DNA from: Pseudomonadota bacterium
Lineage (GTDB): Bacteria > Pseudomonadota > Alphaproteobacteria > UBA2136 > UBA6156
Direction of reading: 5' to 3'
Assembly: GCA_016125035.1 (NCBI GenBank)
Contig: WGMN01000001.1
Location: 193,526 to 257,525 of the forward strand
Length of the DNA stretch: 64,000 nucleotides
The notes below the pieces were generated by a model, which had not been told where the DNA came from, did no database searches, and was given only the letters and a program-made list of their open reading frames with translations. Below, piece after piece: positions 55,228 to 63,088 of the stretch (positions are counted from its first letter, which is position 1; each line of letters opens with the position of its first letter). The position numbers and the translations under genes are program-made.

Positions 55228-55852
55228 GTTTGAAGGCGGCCCAGCCGCCAAGCAGGGCCAGGATGACCGCCATGGCCAGCCACTGGATGGCGTAGCTGAG
55301 GTGGCGCAAGGGCAAAGGCAGGGCCGGCGGTTGCGCGACGGTGATGCCAGGTGTGGGGGTGGTGGTGAAGAGGTAGCTGGGGCCTAAAGTGGCGCTGGTG
55401 ATGAGACTGGGGTTGAGGAAGGCAAGGAGTTTGGGGTTGGTGGTGATATCGGGCCCGTGGAGCCAGCCGTGGCGTTGGGGAAAAGGTTGCGGAATGCCCT
55501 GCAAGGTGACGGTGCCGGAGGTGGTGAAAGAGGTGAAATCAGGGGCGGAAAGCGGCGAAGGGGTGGCGGGGGACCAGCCGCGGTCGATAAGCAGGGTGCC
55601 GGACGCGGCGGTGAGCGGTGTGAGGATGCGCCAGCCGATCTGCTCGGCGTTTTGGGGGTTGGGGCTGTTGGTGAGAGCCACGGTTTGGCCGTTGGCGAAA
55701 GTGCCGGTGACGGTGGTGGGCGGGCGGGCGGAAAATTCCGCCGCCTGGGCCAGGCGCTGGTGGTAGCGCGACCATTGCCAGTGGGCCAGGGCCAGCAGGG
55801 AGGCCTGTGCCGCGAGGAAGGCACAAAGCAGAAAAAGCTGTTTGCAGCGCAT
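55178..55852 (-). CDS. surf1: SURF1-family cytochrome oxidase assembly protein.
   Basis: An N-terminal TM plus LALAHWQWSRYHQ matches the GxWQxxR-like motif. The C-terminal YAIQWLAMAVILALLGGW motif and second TM are present. Its 3' end overlaps murJ by about 50 nt. Confidence 0.75.
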   Translation of the reverse strand: MRCKQLFLLCAFLAAQASLLALAHWQWSRYHQRLAQAAEFSARPPTTVTGTFANGQTVALTNSPNPQNAEQIGWRILTPLTAASGTLLIDRGWSPATPSPLSAPDFTSFTTSGTVTLQGIPQPFPQRHGWLHGPDITTNPKLLAFLNPSLITSATLGPSYLFTTTPTPGITVAQPPALPLPLRHLSYAIQWLAMAVILALLGGWAAFKPKAPPRRNHQKPRRAK

Positions 55853-57008
55853 GACGTACGTTGAGACATCTGCCAAGCTGTGGCAAGCTTACACAACAAA
55901 ATTTGAAGGGGAAGCCTTGGACGCACACGAACGCCGCGCGTTGCTACTGACTGCCGTTGTGCTGGGCGGGGCGGTGCTGTTTTTGCACGCGGTGAGCGAT
56001 ATTCTGCTGCCCTTTATTGTGGGGCTGCTGCTGGCCTACCTGCTGAACCCGGCGGTGGGCTTTTTGGAGCGGCGCGGCGTGCCGCGCGCACTGGCCAGCG
56101 TGGTGCCGGTGGGTGCCGCCGTGGCCTTGATTACCGCCGTGCTGGTGCTGGGCATGCCGCTGCTGATGGACCAGTTGAGCAGTTTTGCCCAGCGTCTGCC
56201 GGTTTACCTGATGACGTTGCAGCACTTTGTGATACCCGACAAGTTAAGCCGCGCCCTGCACTGGGACATGGACTTTGTGGCGTTGTTAAAGCCCCTGGGC
56301 ACCATTGGCGCGCAGGGCGCCGAGTGGACGGTGCAGGCGCTGCAAAAAACGCTGAGCGGTGTTGCCTGGCTGGTGAACGTGGCATTGTTGGTGCTGATGA
56401 CCCCGGTGGTGGCTTTTTATCTGCTGCTGGACTGGCCCAAACTGATGGAGAAGATTGTGAAGTTGTTCCCCAAGCGCTGGCGCCGCAACCTGCTGGAGAT
56501 TAACCGCGAGATTGACGTGAAGCTGGCCGCTTACCTGCGCGGCACGGTGGCGGTGTGCCTGAGCATGGCGCTTTATTACAGCCTGGCGCTTTCGTCCATT
56601 GGCATTGTCTCGACCTGGATGCGCGGCACGCCGGTATCCTCGCTTGAATTGGGCTGGGCGATTGGGATCGCTACCGGAGTGATGGCCTTTTTGCCGGTGA
56701 TCGGCGCGACCATTGGCGTGACCATGATGTTTGCGGTGGCGCTGATGCAGTACCAGTTGCTGGTGTGGGAGCCTTATGCGCTGATCGGCGGGTATTTTAT
56801 TGTCGGCCAGTTTTTGGAAGGCTACGTGATGCAGCCCTTGCTGGTGGGCCAGCGCGTGGGCCTGCACCCGCTGTGGGTTATTTTTGCCCTGCTGGCCGGG
56901 GGCACGCTGGCGGGCATTACCGGCATGTTGCTGGCGGTGCCGGTGGCGGTGGTGTTCTCGGTGTTGTTGCCGCGTTTGTTGCGCCAGTGGCGGGCGGCGA
57001 TAGATTAA
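55842..57008 (+). CDS. AI-2E family transporter (UPF0118/PerM-like).
   Basis: It has 8 TM helices and conserved motifs for the PerM/YhhT family. Confidence 0.8.
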   Translation: MQRMTYVETSAKLWQAYTTKFEGEALDAHERRALLLTAVVLGGAVLFLHAVSDILLPFIVGLLLAYLLNPAVGFLERRGVPRALASVVPVGAAVALITAVLVLGMPLLMDQLSSFAQRLPVYLMTLQHFVIPDKLSRALHWDMDFVALLKPLGTIGAQGAEWTVQALQKTLSGVAWLVNVALLVLMTPVVAFYLLLDWPKLMEKIVKLFPKRWRRNLLEINREIDVKLAAYLRGTVAVCLSMALYYSLALSSIGIVSTWMRGTPVSSLELGWAIGIATGVMAFLPVIGATIGVTMMFAVALMQYQLLVWEPYALIGGYFIVGQFLEGYVMQPLLVGQRVGLHPLWVIFALLAGGTLAGITGMLLAVPVAVVFSVLLPRLLRQWRAAID

Positions 57009-57011
57009 GAA

Positions 57012-57046
57012 CGTAACCCGTAACCCGTGGCCCGTAACCCGTTGGA
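57012..57046. repeat. 35-nt heptamer-periodic element (CGTAACC-type, five units).
   Basis: The sequence reads cgtaacc cgtaacc cgtggcc cgtaacc cgttgga, nearly identical to the copy at 9136-9170. It lies 3 nt after the AI-2E stop and 10 nt before the four-helix-bundle gene start. Confidence 0.7.
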
Positions 57047-57056
57047 GCTTTGAAGG

Positions 57057-57449
57057 ATGGCAGGTGAAAAATTAGGGTTTGCCAAGAACTTTGAAGATTT
57101 ACTGGTTTTTAAGCGGGCTTACAAAACTTCATTGGAAATACACCGCACAACTCTGACCTTTCCGGCCGCGGAACAACGCGGACTTGGTGAACAGATGCGG
57201 CGTGCCAGCAAAAGTATATGTGCCAACCTTGCAGAAGAGTTCGGTAAGGGGTCGGACAGTGCAGAGATGCGGCGGTTTACGCGCATTGGCTTAGGCTCTA
57301 GCGAAGAGATGAGGGTTTGGTTGCGTTACTGCCTGGACTTAAGACTTATTAATAAGACTGAGTGGCAAATGTGGCGCGACGAATACCACGCTATAAGCCA
57401 AATGTTACAAAAACTTATTGGGGCTATCAAAGCACCGGCTAAAAAATAG
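57057..57449 (+). CDS. Four-helix-bundle protein (TIGR02436 / 23S rRNA intervening-sequence protein family; Avd-like).
   Basis: The N-terminus has FEDLLVFKRAY, followed by RRASKSICANLAEEFGKGS, the typical family pattern. GC is lower than in the flanks. Confidence 0.7.
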   Translation: MAGEKLGFAKNFEDLLVFKRAYKTSLEIHRTTLTFPAAEQRGLGEQMRRASKSICANLAEEFGKGSDSAEMRRFTRIGLGSSEEMRVWLRYCLDLRLINKTEWQMWRDEYHAISQMLQKLIGAIKAPAKK

Positions 57450-57555
57450 TTGGTCGGGCGTTTGGCTGAAAGTTTGAGCAGGGTTGGCACCATATGCGGT
57501 TGGAGCCGCGGCCTAACCGGGGGTATAGTAAGCCAGCGTTGAAAGAAAGATAACC

Positions 57556-58152
57556 ATGCCGACGTTTTTGGGCTTTTTGAAGAACACCGTGACCGGTGAG
57601 GAGTTTGTGGCGCCGGTGGAAGCGCCCGAACGCGCCCGCGCCGAAGCAGGATTGCGCGACCAGTACCCCGCCGCGGCCTATGCCATTTTGACGGTTTACG
57701 AGCAGCGCGAAATGGAGCGCGTGATGGACGGTGTGCGGCGCTGGCCGGGGCTGGCCAGCAAGGTACAGCCCAAACTGGAAGATTTGTTTGCCAATGTGAG
57801 TGTGGCCCGCGCCCTGCCACCGCTGCACGGCCGCGCGCCCACCAAGCTGAACGCCACCCAAGCCCGCCTGGAACAAGTACGCACGATGGCGCGGGGCACG
57901 CACAAGGGCGTGCAGGAGTTGGTGGCGCGCCTGCTGGCCGCCGACCTGCAGGGAGATATCCGTTCCGCCAAGCCGGACAGCCATGCACGGATGGAGACGG
58001 TGAGCGACGCCCGGCCCAAGGCCAAGGTGCCTGCGGCGCCGGCGATACCCCCGGTGGCAATGGCCCCCCTGCCCGCCCCCGCCGCGCGGCAAGCCGCGCA
58101 GGCCGAGCGGCCCAGCCTGATTACCATGCTTAAGCAGATGAAGCAGGCTTGA
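57556..58152 (+). CDS. Hypothetical protein (198 aa) with an Ala/Pro-rich C-terminal region.
   Basis: The ORF is intact with a plausible -10 (tatagt) and RBS. No family could be assigned. Confidence 0.45.
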   Translation: MPTFLGFLKNTVTGEEFVAPVEAPERARAEAGLRDQYPAAAYAILTVYEQREMERVMDGVRRWPGLASKVQPKLEDLFANVSVARALPPLHGRAPTKLNATQARLEQVRTMARGTHKGVQELVARLLAADLQGDIRSAKPDSHARMETVSDARPKAKVPAAPAIPPVAMAPLPAPAARQAAQAERPSLITMLKQMKQA

Positions 58153-58155
58153 AGC

Positions 58156-58692
58156 TTGGGTAGAAAATACCTGCTGGTTCCCATCCCCAAAAATCCCTAC
58201 TCCCGTATAGGCCCACTGCGATGGCAGGATTGGTGGCGCCAGGTGGAAAAGACCTCATCGCTGGCACGAAAGCTAAAGGCCGAAGGCCATGAAACGTGGG
58301 TGGTGTTGCTTTCAGACTTCAAGCCTCGCGGAAAGTTGCCAGAGCTAGAGATTTACCAGCAGGCCTTTGCCCAGGTAGCCCCGGAACTTGAGGTGAAAGC
58401 GTATCGCGAAACCAACGATACGCTGGGCCAGGTGGAACGCAGCCTTGAGTTGCGCGATAAAGAACAGGCGGTGCTGGTTTTCGTCAGCGCGTGGATGCAG
58501 TATCCGCGGGTTGTCTACCTGGCCCGCAAAGAAGGCGCACGCCATTATGGCGTCTTCGGTATTCCCCAACCGGCCTTTGCGTTGATAGACCCTTTTTGCA
58601 TGCTGACCTACCCTTTGGTGGAATGGCTTGGGTTGGGCAGGTTTTTCCAGCGTATTCTTTTAAGACGGCGTGAAGAGGGCCGTATTCTCTAG
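58156..58692 (+). CDS. DUF218 (YdcF/ElyC-like) domain protein.
   Basis: The pattern is WVVLLSD...EIYQQAF...RETNDTLGQ...LVFVSAWMQYPRVVYLARKEG. This resembles the DUF218 core (SEA..M, sT.eN, VTsa.HmpRa). GC is lower than in the flanks. Confidence 0.45.
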   Translation: MGRKYLLVPIPKNPYSRIGPLRWQDWWRQVEKTSSLARKLKAEGHETWVVLLSDFKPRGKLPELEIYQQAFAQVAPELEVKAYRETNDTLGQVERSLELRDKEQAVLVFVSAWMQYPRVVYLARKEGARHYGVFGIPQPAFALIDPFCMLTYPLVEWLGLGRFFQRILLRRREEGRIL

Positions 58693-59750
58693 ACTTCATC
58701 CAGGCGGATGATGTGGGCGTGGGGCAGGGCCGGGGCCTCGGTATCGGTGAGCCAGACCTGGCAGCCGAGTTTGCCCAGGGTGGTGAGGAGCTGGCCGCGG
58801 CGCGCGGCATCCAGGTGGGCGGAGAACTCATCGATAAGAACCACCGGGGGCTGTTTAAGATGCGTCTTAAGCAGTTGGACGTGCGCCACCAGCCAATGGA
58901 TGAGGCCGCGCTTGTGTTGGCCGGAGGAAGCCTGCGCGAGTGTGGTGGTGGTGCCGTCTTCCAGCGTGAGGTGGCCGGTGACCTCCAGCGTGTTGGGGCC
59001 GGCGTGGGTGCGCTCCATGCGTGTGTCGATGTCGCGCGACCTTTCAAACTTGCCTTTGAGCGCCATGACCGGGTCGGCGTCCTCTAGGACCGCCAGCGCG
59101 TTACCGGCCAGCTGGAGCGTGAGAGAGCTGCCCAGGTGGGGCACCAGCGCGGCCAGATATTCTTGCCGGTGGCGCAACACCTGGATACCCCATTCCGCGC
59201 AGAGTTTCTCTTCAGCTTCCAGCCAGTCGTCGGCGCGGCCCTGCACCAGCAGCTTTAAGCGCGCCTGGCGGTGCTGGGCAAAGCGCGCCACCGCCTGTGC
59301 GTGGGCGGGGATGAGCGCGGTGGTGGCATCATCCAGCCAGCGGCGGCGCCCGGCGGGTGGGCCGGAAAAGAGGAAATCGGTGGCGGGGGTGAGCCACAGG
59401 ATGGTGTGGAGTTTGGCCAGGCCTTCCAGCGCCTGTTTGTGCCCGTCGACGTGGAGGAGGCGCTCGGCCTTGCGGAAGGTTTGGCCGATTTCGTGATCCG
59501 TGATTCGTGATTCGTGATTGGTGAACGCGGCCCACAGGCCCCATTCCTTCTGGCCGTGGCGGATTTGCGCTTTGCCTTCCGCACCCAGCAGGCCGCGGGT
59601 GGGGGTGAACAGCGACAAGGCCTCCAGCACAGAGGTTTTGCCCACGCCGTTGGGCCCCACCAGCGCCACCACCGCGGCGTTTTGCGGCACCGCAAGGGTG
59701 AGTGCCGCAAGGTTGCGGAAGTTGCTGAGCTTAAGCTGGGTGACGGCCAT
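58689..59750 (-). CDS. recF: DNA replication and repair protein RecF.
   Basis: It has Walker A GPNGVGKTSVLEA, the ABC signature and D-loop. It is collinear with E. coli RecF. An embedded heptamer element encodes TNHESRITDHE. Confidence 0.9.
   Translation of the reverse strand: MAVTQLKLSNFRNLAALTLAVPQNAAVVALVGPNGVGKTSVLEALSLFTPTRGLLGAEGKAQIRHGQKEWGLWAAFTNHESRITDHEIGQTFRKAERLLHVDGHKQALEGLAKLHTILWLTPATDFLFSGPPAGRRRWLDDATTALIPAHAQAVARFAQHRQARLKLLVQGRADDWLEAEEKLCAEWGIQVLRHRQEYLAALVPHLGSSLTLQLAGNALAVLEDADPVMALKGKFERSRDIDTRMERTHAGPNTLEVTGHLTLEDGTTTTLAQASSGQHKRGLIHWLVAHVQLLKTHLKQPPVVLIDEFSAHLDAARRGQLLTTLGKLGCQVWLTDTEAPALPHAHIIRLDEV
59492..59526. repeat. 35-nt heptamer-periodic element (CGTGATT-type, five units) inside the recF CDS, in frame.
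   Basis: The units are cgtgatc cgtgatt cgtgatt cgtgatt ggtgaac. On the coding (minus) strand it translates to ...FTNHESRITDHEIG.... Confidence 0.75.
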
Positions 59751-59756
59751 AAAAGA

Positions 59757-59791
59757 CGTTACTCGTGATTCGTGATTCGTGACTAGTGGTT
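59757..59791. repeat. 35-nt heptamer-periodic element (CGTGATT-type), beginning 7 nt upstream of the recF start codon.
   Basis: The units are cgttact cgtgatt cgtgatt cgtgact agtggtt. It occupies the position where a recF ribosome-binding site would be expected. Confidence 0.7.
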
Positions 59792-59897
59792 TGTGGGCAA
59801 AAAGGGGCGGCTTGCATGCCGCCCCCTGCCCACCAATTGAAGTTGTTTTTCCGGGCCGTTCTTCCCCTGCCCCGGCGCCCTTCTGTGTGGCGTGGCG

Positions 59898-61013
59898 CTA
59901 GACCCGCATCGGCATCACCACGAAGGTGGTGGAGCCGTCGGTTGGGTCTTTCACCATCACGGGTGAGGAAGCGTCCTTGAAGAAGAAAGTCATGTCGTCG
60001 CCGCTTACCTGGGTGCCGATATCGGCCAGGTAGCGGGCGTTGAAACCGATTTCCATTTCCGGGCCTTTGTAATCGGCCTTGACCTCTTCGCTGGCATTTT
60101 CCTGGTCGGGGTTGTTGGCGGACAGGGCCAGGGCGTTATCAATAACCCCAAAGCGCACCGAGCGGGTTTTTTCGTGGCTGAGGATGCTGACGCGGTCGAC
60201 CGCCTGGAGCAGGCTTTTGCGCGCCACGGTGAGTTGCGAGTTGTTGTCTTTGGGGATGACGCGGTCGTAGTCTGGGTAGGTGGCGTCGATGACTTTGCTG
60301 GTGAGCGTGATGTCGGTGGCTTCCGCCTGGATCTTTTTATCGCTGACGGTGAGTTTGATCTCCTTCGATTCGTCGGCGAGCTTCTTCAATTCGGTGACGC
60401 ATTTGCGCGGCAGGATGACCGAGGGCATTTCCTCGGCGGCGTCCGGGCAGGCAATTTCCGCCTTGGCCAGGCGGTGGCCGTCGGTGGCGACGGTGCGCAG
60501 GGTGGGTGTGCCGTCGACCTCCACCACGTGCAGGTAGACGCCGGTGAGGTAGGCGCGGGTTTCGTCTGCGCTGGCGGCGAATTGCACCTTATCCAGCAAT
60601 TTTTTCAGCTCGGCGGAAGGCAGGGTGAAGGTGACGCCGCCGTCGACCTTGGTCATGTCCGGGAAGGCATCCGCGTTAAGTGTGGCCAGGCTGAATTTGG
60701 CCTTGCCCGCGGTGAGCGCCAGGCGCGAGCCACCCTCGGTGGTTTCAAGGTTGACCATCACCCCTTCGGGGATCTTGCTGATGATCTCGAACAGTTTGAG
60801 CGCGCCGACAGTGGTGGTGCCGGTGCTATCCACAAAGGCCTCGGCCACGCCTTGCACGGCGAGGTCGTTATCCGTAGCTGTGGTTTCCAGCTGGTTTTTG
60901 CCGGCGGAGAGGCGGACGTTGCCGAGGATGGCGATGCTGGAGCGCTTTTCCACCACACTGCTCATGTGGCGGAGGGCGCGGAAGAGGGTTTCGCGTGAGA
61001 TGCTGAGTTTCAT
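59898..61013 (-). CDS. dnaN: DNA polymerase III beta subunit (sliding clamp).
   Basis: The N-terminus is MKLSISRETLFRALRHMSSVVEKR. It has the three-domain clamp architecture. The internal ATG was chosen. Confidence 0.95.
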   Translation of the reverse strand: MKLSISRETLFRALRHMSSVVEKRSSIAILGNVRLSAGKNQLETTATDNDLAVQGVAEAFVDSTGTTTVGALKLFEIISKIPEGVMVNLETTEGGSRLALTAGKAKFSLATLNADAFPDMTKVDGGVTFTLPSAELKKLLDKVQFAASADETRAYLTGVYLHVVEVDGTPTLRTVATDGHRLAKAEIACPDAAEEMPSVILPRKCVTELKKLADESKEIKLTVSDKKIQAEATDITLTSKVIDATYPDYDRVIPKDNNSQLTVARKSLLQAVDRVSILSHEKTRSVRFGVIDNALALSANNPDQENASEEVKADYKGPEMEIGFNARYLADIGTQVSGDDMTFFFKDASSPVMVKDPTDGSTTFVVMPMRV

Positions 61014-61092
61014 GACCCGGAGAATAGGCTTTTTGGCCGCGGACGCCAAGCGGGATGGCTAGATTGCGTGCAAAATGTCACGGCGGCAGGAA

Positions 61093-61128
61093 ACGGCGGG
61101 AAAAAACCGCCTGACGGCGGTTTTTTTA
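61093..61128 (-). terminator. Rho-independent terminator of dnaA. It is bidirectional, with an A-run, hairpin, then T-run.
   Basis: The sequence is aaaaaa-ccgcc-tgac-ggcgg-ttttttt. The dnaA stop codon lies within the T-run. Confidence 0.65.
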
Positions 61129-62559
61129 ACGGCCTTGCAGCGTGCGGGTGACCAGCTGGACCTGCTCGGCAAGCTGGGCGTCTCGCGGCAGCAGCGCGAC
61201 GATGGTCTCGCAGGCGTGGATGACGGTGGTGTGGTCACGCCCGCCGAACGCCCGGCCGATGTCCGGGTACGAGCGGCTGGTGAGCTGCTTGGCCAGGTAC
61301 ATGGCCACCTGGCGCGGGCGGGCCACCTCGCGCGCGCGGCGCGGGGAGTGCATGTCGGACACGCGGATGTTGAACTGAGTGGCGACCTTTTGCTGGATGT
61401 CATCGATGGTGATGACGCGGTTGTAGACGCGGAAGAGATCGCGCAGCTGGTCGCGGGCGAGGTCGGGCGTGAGGGCCTCGCCGGTGAGGCGGGCGTAGGC
61501 CACCAGGCGGTTGAGCGCGCCTTCCAGCTCGCGCACGTTGGAGGCGATCTGCGCGGCGAGGAGTTGCAACACCTCGGCCGGCACGGTGTAGCCCATGCTT
61601 TCCGCTTTGGATTGGAGGATGGCCAGGCGGGTTTCTTCTTCCGGGGCGTGCACCTCGACCGTGAGGCCGCTGCCCAGGCGCGACTTGAGGCGCTCTTCGA
61701 TGTTGGGAAGTTCGTGCGGGGACCTATCTGCCGTGAGCACCACCTGCTTGCCGGCCTGAATGAGGGTGTTGAAGGTGTGGAAGAACTCTTCTTGCGTGGC
61801 GTCCTTGCCGGCGATGAATTGGAGATCGTCGATCATCAGCACGTCGACCGAGCGGAAGAGCTCTTTGAAGCCGAGGGTGTTTTTATCCTTGAGGGCGCGG
61901 ATGAACTTGTAGAGGAACTGCTCGGCGGAAAGGTAGAGCACGTTGGTGGGTTTGCCAGATTCCAGCACCGCGTGGCCGATGGCCTGCATAAGGTGGGTTT
62001 TGCCCAGCCCCACCCCGCCGTGGAGGAAGAAGGGGTTGTAGGCGACCTTGCCCTGGGTGAGGGCCTCGGCCACGCTTTGCGCGGCGGTGAAGGCGAACTG
62101 GTTGGACTTGCCGGTGACGAACTGGTGGAAGCCGTAGCGCGCATCCAGGCGGCTGCCGGAGAGCCACTCCGGCGCGGCAGCCTCGGGCGCGGTGGGGGAC
62201 ATGACCGCTGCCTGAATGCTTTGCGGGGCAGAGGCCGACACGGCAAAGGTGGGGACGACTTGAAGCTCGATGGCGACCGGGCGGCCGGCCTGGCTGGAGA
62301 GTTGCTCTTCCAGCTGGGTGAGATAGTTGCCCCGGACCCATTGGGCAATGAAGGTGGTGGGAGCGGCAAGGGTGAGGGAATCGGCAGTGACGGCCTGAAC
62401 TTTGAGAGGAGCCAGCCAGGCGGCGTAGTTCTCATCGCCGAAGGTGGCGGGGAGAGTGGTTTGCAGGTCATCCCACAACAAGGCCAGCGGCGGCACCGCA
62501 CCGGCCGTGGCAGCGGATTTCCCTTGAACGGAGACGCCGGCAGCGGGGGCAGTGTGCAT
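61126..62559 (-). CDS. dnaA: Chromosomal replication initiator protein DnaA.
   Basis: It has the AAA+ Walker [14 protein letters not shown], box VII and sensor motifs. A C-terminal DNA-binding domain reads [24 protein letters not shown]. Confidence 0.95.
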   Translation of the reverse strand: MHTAPAAGVSVQGKSAATAGAVPPLALLWDDLQTTLPATFGDENYAAWLAPLKVQAVTADSLTLAAPTTFIAQWVRGNYLTQLEEQLSSQAGRPVAIELQVVPTFAVSASAPQSIQAAVMSPTAPEAAAPEWLSGSRLDARYGFHQFVTGKSNQFAFTAAQSVAEALTQGKVAYNPFFLHGGVGLGKTHLMQAIGHAVLESGKPTNVLYLSAEQFLYKFIRALKDKNTLGFKELFRSVDVLMIDDLQFIAGKDATQEEFFHTFNTLIQAGKQVVLTADRSPHELPNIEERLKSRLGSGLTVEVHAPEEETRLAILQSKAESMGYTVPAEVLQLLAAQIASNVRELEGALNRLVAYARLTGEALTPDLARDQLRDLFRVYNRVITIDDIQQKVATQFNIRVSDMHSPRRAREVARPRQVAMYLAKQLTSRSYPDIGRAFGGRDHTTVIHACETIVALLPRDAQLAEQVQLVTRTLQGR

Positions 62560-62676
62560 GGACGAGGAACCTTTTTGTTGGTGGTTGCTGGTATGTACCT
62601 TGCTCTACCTTGCTCTACTTTTTCAGGGGGGGTCAAGAGAAAAAGTTTGAGTTTTTTCAACCACTTATATACAAAA

Positions 62677-62717
62677 ACACCACCGGCAGCGCGGGGCGCT
62701 GCGGTGGTGTTTTTTTA
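62677..62717 (-). terminator. Rho-independent terminator downstream of rpsT. It is bidirectional.
   Basis: A 15-bp stem caccaccggcagcgc/gcgctgcggtggtg has a 4-nt loop, flanked by an A-run and a T-run. Confidence 0.7.
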
Positions 62718-62734
62718 TTGAGAAGATGGCGCGG

Positions 62735-62998
62735 TTAGGCGCGGGTATTGATGCGCGCGGAAAGGCGGCTGATTTTACGCGACGCGGAACCTTTGGTGAT
62801 GGCGCCTTTTTGCGCGGCCTTGGAGAGCTCGCTCATCACCGCGCGGAAGTTGGTGGCGATGGCCGATTTATCGGCGGATTTGAGCGCTTCCTCGAACTTT
62901 TTGATAAAGGTGCTGACGCGCGAGCGACGGGCCACGTTGGCGGTGGTGTGCTTGGCGTCTTGGCGGATGCGCTTGCGCTGCTGGTTGCTGTGGGCCAT
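62735..62998 (-). CDS. rpsT: 30S ribosomal protein S20.
   Basis: The protein is MAHSNQQRKRIRQDAKHTTANVARRSRVSTFIKK..., typical of S20 (87 aa, basic). Confidence 0.9.
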   Translation of the reverse strand: MAHSNQQRKRIRQDAKHTTANVARRSRVSTFIKKFEEALKSADKSAIATNFRAVMSELSKAAQKGAITKGSASRKISRLSARINTRA

Positions 62999-63088
62999 GG
63001 GTTCTCTCTCGTTCCTTCAAACTTTGACTGGGCCGGACGGGATGCCGGGCCGCTGAGGGCGGACAATAGGCGATTGGGGATAAGTTTG

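Noticed and set aside
57057-58692. A diversity-generating retroelement, given the Avd-like four-helix-bundle protein.
   Set aside because: No reverse transcriptase gene and no template/variable repeat pair occur within the window.
62560-62734. oriC immediately upstream of dnaA.
   Set aside because: No cluster of TTATCCACA-like DnaA boxes is present. The region is mostly the rpsT terminator plus a short AT-rich promoter segment.
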